A stretch of 64,000 nt of DNA from an uncultured delta proteobacterium (GTDB taxonomy: Bacteria; Myxococcota_A; Polyangia; Polyangiales; JAFGIB01): NCBI GenBank assembly GCA_963778655.1, contig CAVZVA010000009.1, forward strand, positions 1,216,001 to 1,280,000. The letters run 5' to 3'. Numbering within the stretch: position 1 is the first letter of the stretch; each line of letters starts with the position of its first letter. The notes under the pieces were generated by a model, which was given only the letters and a program-made list of their open reading frames with translations, did no database searches and was not told the DNA's origin. Shown here in pieces: positions 41,172 to 50,301 of this stretch. The position numbers were made by a program, and so were the translations under genes.

Positions 41172-41795
41172 ATGGACGCAAGACAAGAGCTCTTCGCTTA
41201 CCTCGGCGCGGCGATCACCACGATCGCGGTCTTGTTCGGCGCTCAGCACTGGTACGCGAGCTACCTCGACGTGTCGGTGGTTCACGGGCTCGAGGTGGAC
41301 GCTCCCATGAACGAGAAGCTTGCCGCGGTCCGCGCCCAGGAACAGCAGAAGCTCTCCTCGGGCAGAATGCCGATCGATCGGGCGATGCAGGCGCTGGCGC
41401 AGCGCGGGCGCATGGCCTTCCCGCTGGTCGCGCCGAAGCCATCCGAGGACCTCTCGCCGATGTCGGGATGGATCCACCAGCCGGGCTTCACCGCGTACGT
41501 TCCGCGCAAGCAGCCGGCTCCAGCGCCCGCGGCGCCGACTGCCGCACCGCAGGCCCAAGCGATTGCCGCTGGTGCCGAGGCCGGCGCCCCCGCCCCCGGC
41601 GCGCCCGCGCCCGCGGCCACGAAGCCAGTGGTGGCCAAGCCGGTGCCGCCCAAGGCTGCGCTAGCTGCGCCCGCGGCCACGCCGAAGCCGGCTCCCGCCG
41701 TGCGTCCGGTCGCGCCGCAGCCCACGGGCGCGCCGCACCCGACCGCTCCTGCCAAAGCGTCCGGCGCTGTGCCGGCTCACGAGGCCCCACGATGA
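41172..41795 (+). CDS. actG: ActG-like single-TM subunit with Pro/Ala tail
   Basis: One TM and RMPIDRAMQALA, resembling the ActG C-terminal motif. Follows actF. Confidence 0.65.
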   Translation: MDARQELFAYLGAAITTIAVLFGAQHWYASYLDVSVVHGLEVDAPMNEKLAAVRAQEQQKLSSGRMPIDRAMQALAQRGRMAFPLVAPKPSEDLSPMSGWIHQPGFTAYVPRKQPAPAPAAPTAAPQAQAIAAGAEAGAPAPGAPAPAATKPVVAKPVPPKAALAAPAATPKPAPAVRPVAPQPTGAPHPTAPAKASGAVPAHEAPR

Positions 41796-42448
41796 CCGAC
41801 AAGAAAGCTGGACCAAGCCTGGTGGCGCCGCTGGGCGGTGTCGTGGTCGGGGTGGCCGTGTTTCTGGGTGTCAACATCACCACCGGCCACGCGGTGATCC
41901 CGACGCCCGAGTCGATCACGAGCCAGTCGGCCGGGCTGTCGCCGGTCGTGCGTCCGGCCGACGAGACCGCGAGCGCTGCGCCCAAGCTCACGGGGCCCTT
42001 TCAAACCGTGTGTGCCACCTGCCATCAGCAGAATGGAATGGGTTTGCCCGGCGCTTTTCCCCCGCTCGCAGGCTCGGAGTGGCTGCTCGGCAATCCCGAG
42101 ATCCCGGTGCGGGTGGTGCTGCTCGGCCTGACCGGCCCGATCCAGGTCAAGGGCACGAAGTTCGCGTCGACCATGCCGCCTCCGCCAGGGCTGAGCGACG
42201 CGCAGATCGCCGAGGCGATCAGCTTTGCGCGCTCGCACTTCGGCAATCACGCCGGCGCTGTCGACGTCGGGCTGGTCAAGAAGGTGCGCTCGGAGCTGGC
42301 GGGCCGGACCAAGTCGTGGAGCGCGGACGAGCTAGCGGCGATTCAGACCGGCGCCGGGGCCGAGGCTGCGGGCGGCGCGGCGGGCGCCGGGGCAGGAGCG
42401 ACGCCTCCAGCCGCGCCCGGCTCGGCTCCACCGGCGGCTGCGCACTAG
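41792..42448 (+). CDS. Membrane-anchored monoheme cytochrome c
   Basis: TM anchor, CATCH, GLPGAFPPLAGS, distal Met (TMPP). Confidence 0.88.
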   Translation: MTDKKAGPSLVAPLGGVVVGVAVFLGVNITTGHAVIPTPESITSQSAGLSPVVRPADETASAAPKLTGPFQTVCATCHQQNGMGLPGAFPPLAGSEWLLGNPEIPVRVVLLGLTGPIQVKGTKFASTMPPPPGLSDAQIAEAISFARSHFGNHAGAVDVGLVKKVRSELAGRTKSWSADELAAIQTGAGAEAAGGAAGAGAGATPPAAPGSAPPAAAH

Positions 42449-42464
42449 CGGGAACGAACAGGCC

Positions 42465-43196
42465 ATGACAGCCAACTCGCTGGAAAAGCTGGAGAACGAG
42501 ACCAACACCGACCGGAAGCTGGCGATGCCGACGCTGAAATCGATGCTGCAACTCCCACTGCCTGTGCGCCACCTGCTGCTCGGGACCTGCCTGGCGATCT
42601 TCGTGGCCGGCTGCGACTACAAGATCCCGGCCGATCAACCCACCGCGAGCGGCCAGGAGATCTTTCAGCTCTGCAGCCAGTGTCACGGTGAAGCCGGCCT
42701 GGGCCATCGGGAGTACAATGCTCCCTCAATCGCCGGCCTGCCCCAATGGTACATCGAGGCGCAATTGAAGAAGTTCCGTGCCGGCGTGCGGGGCGCGCAC
42801 CCCAAGGACACCACCGGCATGATGATGCGGCCCATGACCCGGAGCTTCCACAACGAAGCCGACCTCAAGGCCGTGGCCGCGTACGTCGCGAGCTTGCCGC
42901 GGCCGGCCGCGCCGCCGGCCCTGCAGGGCGGCGATGCCGTCCACGGCAAAGCGCTGTTCACGGTGTGCAGCGCCTGCCACCAGGCCGACGGCTCCGGCCA
43001 GCAGCTGGTCAAGGCGCCGCCCTTGAAGCACGCCAGCGACTGGTATTTGCTGGCTCAACTCAAGAAGTTCAAGGCAGGCATCCGAGGCGGTACCGCCAAG
43101 GACGTCGAAGGCTCTCAAATGCGGCCGCAGGCGCTCGCGCTCGCGAACGACCAGGCCATGAAGGATGTCGTGGCGTACATCGCGACGCTGAAGTAG
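42465..43196 (+). CDS. Diheme cytochrome c4-type lipoprotein
   Basis: Lipobox FVAGC; CSQCH and CSACH in duplicated domains (QLKKF.AG.RG). Confidence 0.88.
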   Translation: MTANSLEKLENETNTDRKLAMPTLKSMLQLPLPVRHLLLGTCLAIFVAGCDYKIPADQPTASGQEIFQLCSQCHGEAGLGHREYNAPSIAGLPQWYIEAQLKKFRAGVRGAHPKDTTGMMMRPMTRSFHNEADLKAVAAYVASLPRPAAPPALQGGDAVHGKALFTVCSACHQADGSGQQLVKAPPLKHASDWYLLAQLKKFKAGIRGGTAKDVEGSQMRPQALALANDQAMKDVVAYIATLK

Positions 43197-43212
43197 AGGC
43201 AGGAGCAACAAC

Positions 43213-43377
43213 ATGGCGCACATGCATGACGACCCCGATGTCGAGGCGAAGAAGTGGTTCACGATCGTCATCGTGGGCGCGTTCCTGTACGTCTCGACCG
43301 TCGTCACCTTCGTGATCAGTCGCGACGTTCAACCTGACAACCCAGCACCCGAGGGCCAGCATGGGCAGTCTCACTGA
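43213..43377 (+). CDS. Small single-TM protein (54 aa), absent from ORF track
   Basis: SD AGGAG at 43201. Translation: MAHMHDDPDVEAKKWFTIVIVGAFLYVSTVVTFVISRDVQPDNPAPEGQHGQSH. Overlaps the coxB start. Confidence 0.75.
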   Translation: MAHMHDDPDVEAKKWFTIVIVGAFLYVSTVVTFVISRDVQPDNPAPEGQHGQSH

Positions 43378-44059
43378 TCGCTATCTCGCCTCGGCCTCGT
43401 CCTTCGCGTCGGACATCGATGGCCTCATCATGCTGGTCGCGATCCTGGTCGGCTTCTGGGGCGTGCTGGCCGAGATGGTGCTGCTCGGCCTGGTGATCGC
43501 CTTTCGCGAAAAGGACGGGCGCAAGGCCCTGTACATCACCGGCGAGGACAAGCACCAGAAGGCCTGGGTGGCGTATCCGCACTACCTCGTGCTGGTCTGC
43601 GATGTGCTCATCATCGTCGCGGCGGTGCGCGTATGGTTCAATGTCGAGCAGACCGCGCCGCCCGCGGATGAGACCGTGCGCGTGATTGGCCAGCAATGGG
43701 CCTGGACCTTCGTCCACCCCGGCCCCGACGGGAAGCTGGACACCGCGGACGACATCCCCACCTCTGACGAGCTCCACGTCAAGGTCAACGACGTCTATCA
43801 CTTCAAGCTGGAAGCCCGCGACGTGCTGCACAGCTTCAGTATCCCGGCGTTTCGCCTCAAGCACGATGCCATACCGGGCCGTGTAATAAGCGGCTGGTTC
43901 AAGCCGACCAAGGTCGGCGTGTACGACATTCAGTGCGCGGAAATGTGTGGCATCGGCCATGGCCTGATGCCCGCGCGCATCGTGGTCGAGACCGCGGCCG
44001 AGCACGCCGCCTGGATGGCCAACAACGCGCCCGCCCCCCTCGCCGCCGCGACGCACTAA
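43361..44059 (+). CDS. coxB: Cytochrome c oxidase subunit II (CuA), no fused cytochrome c
   Basis: Two TMs, GQQWAW, DVLHSF, CAEMCGIGHGLM. Confidence 0.94.
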   Translation: MGSLTDRYLASASSFASDIDGLIMLVAILVGFWGVLAEMVLLGLVIAFREKDGRKALYITGEDKHQKAWVAYPHYLVLVCDVLIIVAAVRVWFNVEQTAPPADETVRVIGQQWAWTFVHPGPDGKLDTADDIPTSDELHVKVNDVYHFKLEARDVLHSFSIPAFRLKHDAIPGRVISGWFKPTKVGVYDIQCAEMCGIGHGLMPARIVVETAAEHAAWMANNAPAPLAAATH

Positions 44060-44080
44060 TGAGCACCCAGGAGACGCAGC

Positions 44081-45811
44081 ATGGCTGAACCAGCACACGA
44101 AGCGGAGCCGCATGGCGAGCCAGCCCACGGGGATGCGCATGCGCATGCTGGGCATCACGAGGAGAGCTTCTTCATCAAGTACATGTGGTCGACGGACCAC
44201 AAGATGATCGCGAAGCAGTACCTCTTCACCGGCATGTTCATGGCCATGATCGGTGGCTTCTTCGCCTACGTGTTTCGCATGAACCTGGCCTTTCCTGGCA
44301 TCCACGTGCCCGGCTACGGCCAGGTCGGTCCCGGCGAGTACAACGAGCTGGTGACGAACCACGGCACGATCATGATCTTCTGGGTGGCGATGCCGGTGTT
44401 GATCGCGGCCTTCGGCAATTTCCTGATCCCGCTGATGATCGGTTGCGACGACATGGTGTTCCCGCGCGTCAACCGGCTCAGCTACCAGGTGTTTCTGCTC
44501 AGCGCGCTGGTGCTGCTGGCTGCGTTCTTCGTGCCGGGCGGCGCGTTCGGTGGTGCCTGGACGTCCTATCCGCCGCTCTCCGCCAGCTCGCACTTCAACA
44601 TGACGCCGCTCGGGGCGCCGATGTGGCTGATCGCCGTCGCCCTCGAGTTCGTGGCCTTCCTGCTCGGCGGCATCAACTTCGTCACCACCGCGATGAACTC
44701 GCGCGCGCCCGGTATGAAGATGTTCGACATGCCGATCGTGGTCTGGATGATCGTGATCGCCAGCATCCTGTTCATGGCGTCGGTTGGCCCGCTGATCGCG
44801 GGCGCGATCATGCTCGGCTTCGACCAGACCATCGGCACCGGCTTCTTCGACCCGAAGCGCGGCGGCGACCCGATCCTGTGGCAGCACCTGTTCTGGTTCT
44901 TCGGCCACCCCGAGGTGTACGTGGTGCTGCTGCCCGCCCTGGGCATCGTGGCCGAGATCATCACGGTGTTCTCGCGCAAGAAGATGTTCGGCTACAAGAC
45001 GGTGTTGTTCACCACCTTCGCCACGGGTCTGCTCAGCTTCTTCGTGTGGGCGCACCACCAGTTCATCGCCGGCATCGACCCGCGCATGGCCAACGTGTTC
45101 ACGGTGACCACGGTGCTGATTTCGGTGCCGATCGCGGAGATGGTGTTCGTGTACATCGCCACTCTCTACGGGGGCTCCATCCGCCTGGCCACGCCGATGC
45201 TGTGGGCGCTTTCGTTCATCTTTGCCTTCATCATCGGCGGGGTGACCGGCATCTTCCTGGGCGCGAGCGGCGCGGACATCTACTTCCACGACACCTACTT
45301 TGTGCTCGCTCACTTCCACTACACCTTCGTGCCGATCGCGATTCTGGCCGTGTTTGCCGGCATCACGTACTGGTACCCGAAGATGTTCGGGCGCATGCTG
45401 AACGAGACCCTCGGCAAGATTCACTTCTGGGGTACGTTCGTGCCGTTCAACGGCATCTTCGTCCCGCTGTTCATGCTGGGGCTGGCCGGTCAGCACCGGC
45501 GCATCTGGAGCTACGAGAACTTCCCCGAGCTCGCGCGGCCCGAGCTCTATCACATGCGGCAGTTCGCCACGATCTCGCTGCTCGTGATGCTCGCGTCGCA
45601 GTTCTTCTTCTTGTTCAACTTCTTTTGGAGCCTCAAGCACGGCAAGCCGGCGGGCAAGAACCCGTGGCAGGCCAACACGCTGGAGTGGACCACCGAGTCG
45701 CCTCCAGGGCACGGCAACTGGGCCGAGCTGCCTAGCTGCTACCGTGGACCGTACGAGTACAGCGTTCCAGGCCGTGAAGAGGACTTCTGGCCGCAAGACG
45801 TCGAGACCTGA
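44081..45811 (+). CDS. coxA: Heme-copper oxidase subunit I, A1-type, divergent K-channel
   Basis: TNHG, GHPEVY, WAHH, HDTYFVLAHFH, RR pair. Confidence 0.95.
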   Translation: MAEPAHEAEPHGEPAHGDAHAHAGHHEESFFIKYMWSTDHKMIAKQYLFTGMFMAMIGGFFAYVFRMNLAFPGIHVPGYGQVGPGEYNELVTNHGTIMIFWVAMPVLIAAFGNFLIPLMIGCDDMVFPRVNRLSYQVFLLSALVLLAAFFVPGGAFGGAWTSYPPLSASSHFNMTPLGAPMWLIAVALEFVAFLLGGINFVTTAMNSRAPGMKMFDMPIVVWMIVIASILFMASVGPLIAGAIMLGFDQTIGTGFFDPKRGGDPILWQHLFWFFGHPEVYVVLLPALGIVAEIITVFSRKKMFGYKTVLFTTFATGLLSFFVWAHHQFIAGIDPRMANVFTVTTVLISVPIAEMVFVYIATLYGGSIRLATPMLWALSFIFAFIIGGVTGIFLGASGADIYFHDTYFVLAHFHYTFVPIAILAVFAGITYWYPKMFGRMLNETLGKIHFWGTFVPFNGIFVPLFMLGLAGQHRRIWSYENFPELARPELYHMRQFATISLLVMLASQFFFLFNFFWSLKHGKPAGKNPWQANTLEWTTESPPGHGNWAELPSCYRGPYEYSVPGREEDFWPQDVET

Positions 45812-45837
45812 TCGGCAGAACACACAGGAGTGAGCGC

Positions 45838-46407
45838 ATGAAACCGATCGCAACCACCCGCAGCGCCACCGGCATTCCGACCGGCCGGCTGGCCGTGTGG
45901 TGGGTCATCGCCTCGGAGATCGTGATCTTCGGCGGGCTGCTGGCGTCCTATGTCATGCACCGCTTGGGGCACCCGGAGTTCGGCGACTACGCCGCGCACA
46001 CCCGCACCGCGATCGGCGCAACCAACACGTTCGTGCTGTTGACCTCGAGCCTGTCGGCCGTGCTGGCCCACCAGGCCGCCCAGGCCGGCGACGGACCCAA
46101 GGCGTTCAAGTACCTGTGGGGCACGTTCCTCGGAGGCCTGACCTTCCTGTGCCTCAAGGGCTACGAGTGGACCGGCGAGATCAGCGAAGGCTACACCATC
46201 ACCAAGAACGCGTTCTGGTCGTTCTACTACACGGCGGCCGGGCTGCATGCGTGCCACGTGATCGGCGGCATGGTGATCATGGCCATCATCTCCTTCGACG
46301 TCAGGAAGAACCGCGAGCTGCAACGGGTCGAGCTGATCGGCAACTACTGGCACTTCGTCGACATCGTCTGGATCTTCCTGTTCCCGCTGCTCTACATCGC
46401 GAAGTAG
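45838..46407 (+). CDS. coxC: Heme-copper oxidase subunit III-like (copy 1)
   Basis: IASEIVIF, NTFVLLTSS, GLHACHV, YWHFVDIVWIFLFPLLY. Confidence 0.92.
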   Translation: MKPIATTRSATGIPTGRLAVWWVIASEIVIFGGLLASYVMHRLGHPEFGDYAAHTRTAIGATNTFVLLTSSLSAVLAHQAAQAGDGPKAFKYLWGTFLGGLTFLCLKGYEWTGEISEGYTITKNAFWSFYYTAAGLHACHVIGGMVIMAIISFDVRKNRELQRVELIGNYWHFVDIVWIFLFPLLYIAK

Positions 46408-46422
46408 CGACAAGGCGTACCC

Positions 46423-46833
46423 ATGGAAAACCCTGCCGAAGCAGCCCACGCAGACGCGCACGACGCGCACCACGTCAACTACTTCAAGGTTTACGCCGCC
46501 CTGGTCGTCTTGCTCCTGATGAGCGTCGCGGGTCCGATGATCGGCATCAAGCTGGTGACGCTGATCACCGCGTTCGGGATCGCGGTGATCAAGGCCTACA
46601 TGGTTGCTGCGAATTTCATGCACCTGCGGATCGAGAAGCGCTACATCGCCTACCTGCTGCTGACCGCGCTGGCCTTGCTTTCGCTGTTCTACGCCGGTGT
46701 CTCGCCCGACGTCATGAAGCATCGCGGCCGGCAATGGGTAAACGTGGCGGCCCAGGATTGGTCGAAGCGCGCGTTGGCCGAAGACAAGGCAGAGCGTGAG
46801 CACGGCGAGCACGAAGGCGGGGAACACGAATAG
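46423..46833 (+). CDS. coxD: Cytochrome c oxidase subunit IV family
   Basis: Three TMs, IAVIKAYMVAANFMHL. Confidence 0.88.
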   Translation: MENPAEAAHADAHDAHHVNYFKVYAALVVLLLMSVAGPMIGIKLVTLITAFGIAVIKAYMVAANFMHLRIEKRYIAYLLLTALALLSLFYAGVSPDVMKHRGRQWVNVAAQDWSKRALAEDKAEREHGEHEGGEHE

Positions 46834-46851
46834 GCGGAGGCGGCAGGAGCC

Positions 46852-47451
46852 ATGGAAGCGACGGGCAAGGTCCTACATCTGAGCCGCAAGATGCCGGCCG
46901 CCCGGCGGCAGCAGATCGCTCCCAACGCCGTGATCGGGATGCTGATCTTCGTGATCGCGGAGACGATGTTCTTCAGCGGCCTGATCAGCGCCCATGCCAT
47001 CGTGAAGACGACGGCGTTGGACGGCTGGCCGCCGCCTGGCCAGCCTCGGTTGCCGATCGAGGAGACGCTGATCAACACCGCGGCGCTGATCGCGAGCGGC
47101 TTCGTGCTGGCCGCGGCGCACCGCGCGTACCGCCGCGGCGGCAAGGATGCAGGCCGGTCGATGCTGATCGCGATCTTGCTCGGCGCGTTCTTTCTCGTGT
47201 TCCAGGGCGCAGAATGGGTTGCGCTGTTGCGCGAAGGCCTGACGATGACCTCGAGCACGCACGGCGGCTTCTTCTACTTGATCATCGGCGCCCACGGCCT
47301 GCACGCGATGGCGGGACTGGGTGTGCTGGTCTGGGCGTATCAGCGCTTGCGGCGCGGCAAGCTCGTGATGGGCGAGCTCGTGGCCACCGAGGTCCTGTGG
47401 TACTTCGTGGTCGGGCTGTGGCCCATCCTTTATTGGAGGGTGTACCTGTGA
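46852..47451 (+). CDS. Heme-copper oxidase subunit III-like (copy 2)
   Basis: AETMFFSGL, NTAALIASG, FQGAEW, GAHGLHA, LWYFVVGLWPILY. Confidence 0.85.
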   Translation: MEATGKVLHLSRKMPAARRQQIAPNAVIGMLIFVIAETMFFSGLISAHAIVKTTALDGWPPPGQPRLPIEETLINTAALIASGFVLAAAHRAYRRGGKDAGRSMLIAILLGAFFLVFQGAEWVALLREGLTMTSSTHGGFFYLIIGAHGLHAMAGLGVLVWAYQRLRRGKLVMGELVATEVLWYFVVGLWPILYWRVYL

Positions 47452-47771
47452 CACGCCTACGGTCGATGCTGGCGCACACGGTGGGCCTGGCGGTCGCAAT
47501 TTTGGAGCTCCCGGGTGTGGCGTTGGCGTGTCCGGTCTGCTTCGCCAGCAAGAACGAAGCCAATCGCGTTGCCTTCGTGGGCACGACGATTCTCATGACC
47601 TCGTTGCCGGTGGCGATGATCGGCGGCGCGATCTATTGGGTCGCGCGGCGCTCGCGTACGCTCGACGCGGAGCGGCGCAGGCAGGCGCGTGCGGCCAGGC
47701 GTGCCGCAGCACGGCTTGCCGCAGGCGCGCCGGCGCGCTCCAAGGTGCCGGCGGTCCAGCGCGGCGTCTGA
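47448..47771 (+). CDS. Small exported/membrane protein with ACPVCF motif
   Basis: GTGA overlap with the upstream stop. Signal peptide ending VALA, then CPVCF, then a TM helix. Confidence 0.7.
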   Translation: MTRLRSMLAHTVGLAVAILELPGVALACPVCFASKNEANRVAFVGTTILMTSLPVAMIGGAIYWVARRSRTLDAERRRQARAARRAAARLAAGAPARSKVPAVQRGV

Positions 47772-47803
47772 CCTCCCGCCTACCGGCTGCGCGCGTGGTC
47801 GGC

Positions 47804-48847
47804 TTACAGGCTGCTCGATCCGGCCGCAACTCGCTGGCGCTGCATGGCGCGGTGAACGGCCAGCGCGGTGAAGCCGATCACGACGGCAAACCACAGCGTA
47901 GCGATTCGCACCAGGATGGTCGTCGCCGTGGCGACCGGAGCGCGGAGCGCCGGGCCGCCCAGTGCCTGGAGCAGGGCGGTCATCCCGATCTCGGTCACGC
48001 CCAGGCCGCCAGGCATCATCGCCAGGGCGCCGACCATGGTCGAAGCCGAGTACGCGAACACGGCGGCATCCCAGCTCATGTGCACGCCCGGAAAGCCGTG
48101 CACGATGGCGTACAACGAGCAGCACTCGAGCCCCCAGGCCAGGAACGCGATGAACGATCCAACAAGCAATGGCAGAGGGCGCGTCATCTCTAGCAAGGAG
48201 TCATAGGCCTCATGCAACTTGTGACTGATGCGGTTGACCACGGGCACACGGTCGGTCCAGCCCAGCAACCAGCGGCCGAGCGGGCGATACGTGCAGACGA
48301 CGATCAGGGCGGCGACGAACAGCGCGCTCATTGCGGCCAACACCACGCCGCCCTTGAACGACAGGGAGCCGACCGAGATCAACAGCACGAGCGCGATCAA
48401 GTCGGTGAGCCGTTCGGCGACGATGATGGGAGCTGTGCGGGCGATCGGCGTACGTCGCGCTTCGTACAGCAGAAGCGACTTGAAGACCTCGCCCACTTTG
48501 CCCGGCGTCACGCTCATGGAGAAGCCGGACAAGAAGATGGTCGAGCTCTCGCCGATCGGAATGCGGATGCCGATGTGCTTGAGATAGTATTGCCAGCGAA
48601 AGATCCGCAGGCCGTAGTTGCCGGTGGCGAGCGCGAGGCCCAGCACGAACGAGGCGGGGGCGAAGCTGCTGGCGGCGCCCCGGAGCTTCCGCAGGTCCCC
48701 GTACATCGCCATCGCGGCGTAAAGCAACGCTGCCAGGAGCACCGCCGCTAGAATCTTGCGGGCCATGCCGGCGGCGAGCTGGTTGGATGCATCGACGCCA
48801 GAAGGCTCGCCCGCAGGAGAGGCTTCGGGCGTTTCCACCGAGCTCAT
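47804..48847 (-). CDS. Flippase-like / lysylphosphatidylglycerol synthase TM domain (UPF0104) protein
   Basis: LRIFRW, TPGKVGE, ERLTD, PGGLGVTE, RIATLW. Confidence 0.88.
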   Translation of the reverse strand: MSSVETPEASPAGEPSGVDASNQLAAGMARKILAAVLLAALLYAAMAMYGDLRKLRGAASSFAPASFVLGLALATGNYGLRIFRWQYYLKHIGIRIPIGESSTIFLSGFSMSVTPGKVGEVFKSLLLYEARRTPIARTAPIIVAERLTDLIALVLLISVGSLSFKGGVVLAAMSALFVAALIVVCTYRPLGRWLLGWTDRVPVVNRISHKLHEAYDSLLEMTRPLPLLVGSFIAFLAWGLECCSLYAIVHGFPGVHMSWDAAVFAYSASTMVGALAMMPGGLGVTEIGMTALLQALGGPALRAPVATATTILVRIATLWFAVVIGFTALAVHRAMQRQRVAAGSSSL

Positions 48848-49047
48848 CGCGGGCCCCGCTTTCGTGCCAGCTGCCACAGCCGGTGCGCGGCCGCCAGCAC
48901 CAGCGCCCCCGCGCCGAGCCACATCACCGTCTCCGGCACGCGCAACAGAGCAGTGGCCGAAGGCCCGTGTGGGGCGCCCGCGCGGGCCCCCCATGGCGCC
49001 GAGAGCAGGGCGGCCATCCGCGCCGAAGCCGGACCCGGGCGCGTCAT
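48844..49047 (-). CDS. Possible small membrane protein (start uncertain, up to 49098)
   Basis: C-terminal TM (VMWLGAGALVLAAAHRLW). Its stop overlaps the flippase ATG (ATGA). Confidence 0.4.
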   Translation of the reverse strand: MTRPGPASARMAALLSAPWGARAGAPHGPSATALLRVPETVMWLGAGALVLAAAHRLWQLARKRGPR

Positions 49048-49240
49048 TGGCCCAGGGTCCGCCACCAGGGTCGTCGTGGCGCTCTGTCGTCCATCCAAAC
49101 CAGGCGCGGGGGCAGGATTCGTCGAGCGCTGCGCCGCACCGCGCCGCAGAGGATGACACGCGGAGTCGCGTTTCGCCACGCGTCGCATTGACGGGACCGC
49201 ACAGGTCTCATACACCGGGCAGCGGTTGGGGCGCACGGCG

Positions 49241-49894
49241 ATGACCGAGCCGAGCCAGAAGGCACAGCGGCGCAAGTCCCTGCGGGAGGATGCGCTTAAC
49301 CTGCCGAACCTGCTGACGTTGGGGCGGATCGCGGCGATTCCCCTCGTCCTGTGGTTGATGTGGCAGGACACGCGTCACAGCAACTTCTGGGCGATGATGC
49401 TGTACTCGCTGGCCGCCATCACTGACTTCGTGGACGGCTATCTCGCCCGGCGGATGGGGCTGATAAGCGTGCTCGGGAAGTTCCTGGACCCCCTGGCCGA
49501 CAAGCTGATCGTGTTGGCCACGTTGGTCTTGATGGTAGAGCTCGGCCGCGTGCCGGCGTGGGCGGTGATCGTCATCGCCGCTCGCGAGCTCTCGGTCACA
49601 GCGCTGCGCAGCATCGCGATGAGCGAAGGCGTGGTGATCGCCGCCAGCCGCGGAGGCAAGGACAAGACGGCCGTACAGATGGTCGCCGTGCTCACGTTGA
49701 TTCTGCACAATACCTACTACCTCGACTTCGGCTTCTACGCGGGCTTCGTCGACATGAACGCGGTCGGGCTTGTGCTGCTGTACCTGAGCGTCTTCTTCAC
49801 GGTGACCAGCGCCGGCGAGTACTTCGCGCTCTTCGTGGACGCTGTGGAAGCCAAGGAACGGCGCCTGTCCGAAGGCCCCAACGCCGAGGACTGA
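49241..49894 (+). CDS. pgsA: CDP-diacylglycerol--glycerol-3-phosphate phosphatidyltransferase
   Basis: NLPNLLTLGRI, TDFVDGYLAR...GKFLDPLADK. TTGACG-N17-TACACC upstream. Confidence 0.94.
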   Translation: MTEPSQKAQRRKSLREDALNLPNLLTLGRIAAIPLVLWLMWQDTRHSNFWAMMLYSLAAITDFVDGYLARRMGLISVLGKFLDPLADKLIVLATLVLMVELGRVPAWAVIVIAARELSVTALRSIAMSEGVVIAASRGGKDKTAVQMVAVLTLILHNTYYLDFGFYAGFVDMNAVGLVLLYLSVFFTVTSAGEYFALFVDAVEAKERRLSEGPNAED

Positions 49895-50245
49895 GAGCGG
49901 CGGCTGCGCCCGTGCCGGAGCCAGCGCTCGGAACGAGCGCGAGCCGCAGGTGTGCCCGAGGGCTGAGCTGTGCGGTTGCGATGGGATCGCTATCGCCTAG
50001 TAGCGATCTGCTTGCAGCTGGGATTCCGGACTGGCCGAGGGCGAATCGCTCAGGATAGCGATCGCTCCAACTGGTCTCAGATCGCAGCCTATACCCAGAA
50101 ATCGCTGGTAAGACGCGCCAATCGAAGGCCCACAAGCGGATGGGGTAGCACCCAGCGCTCCGTCCAACCGACTGATCTTACAGGGCTAAATCGCGAATCT
50201 CGGGGCCGTCACAGCGACAGAAGTGTCCCCATTTGGGATTTTGCG

Positions 50246-50276
50246 TTGACAGCCTTATATTGAACAGAATATATTC
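50246..50276 (+). promoter_or_regulatory. Sigma70 promoter with palindrome over the -10 element
   Basis: TTGACA-N18-TATATT; perfect palindrome GAATATATTC at 50267-50276. Confidence 0.65.
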
Positions 50277-50301
50277 AGTCTCAATCGATTAAAGGAATCC
50301 G

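Noticed and set aside
44081..45811. Calling subunit I a nitric oxide reductase because of the helix VIII Glu
   Set aside because: HPEVY with the cross-linking Tyr, the D-channel Asp/Glu and a CuA subunit II are all retained, which favours an O2 reductase. NO activity remains untested.
50260..50280. LexA SOS box
   Set aside because: Spacing fits neither GAAC-N4-GTTC nor the Myxococcus LexA consensus. Reported only as an unassigned palindrome.
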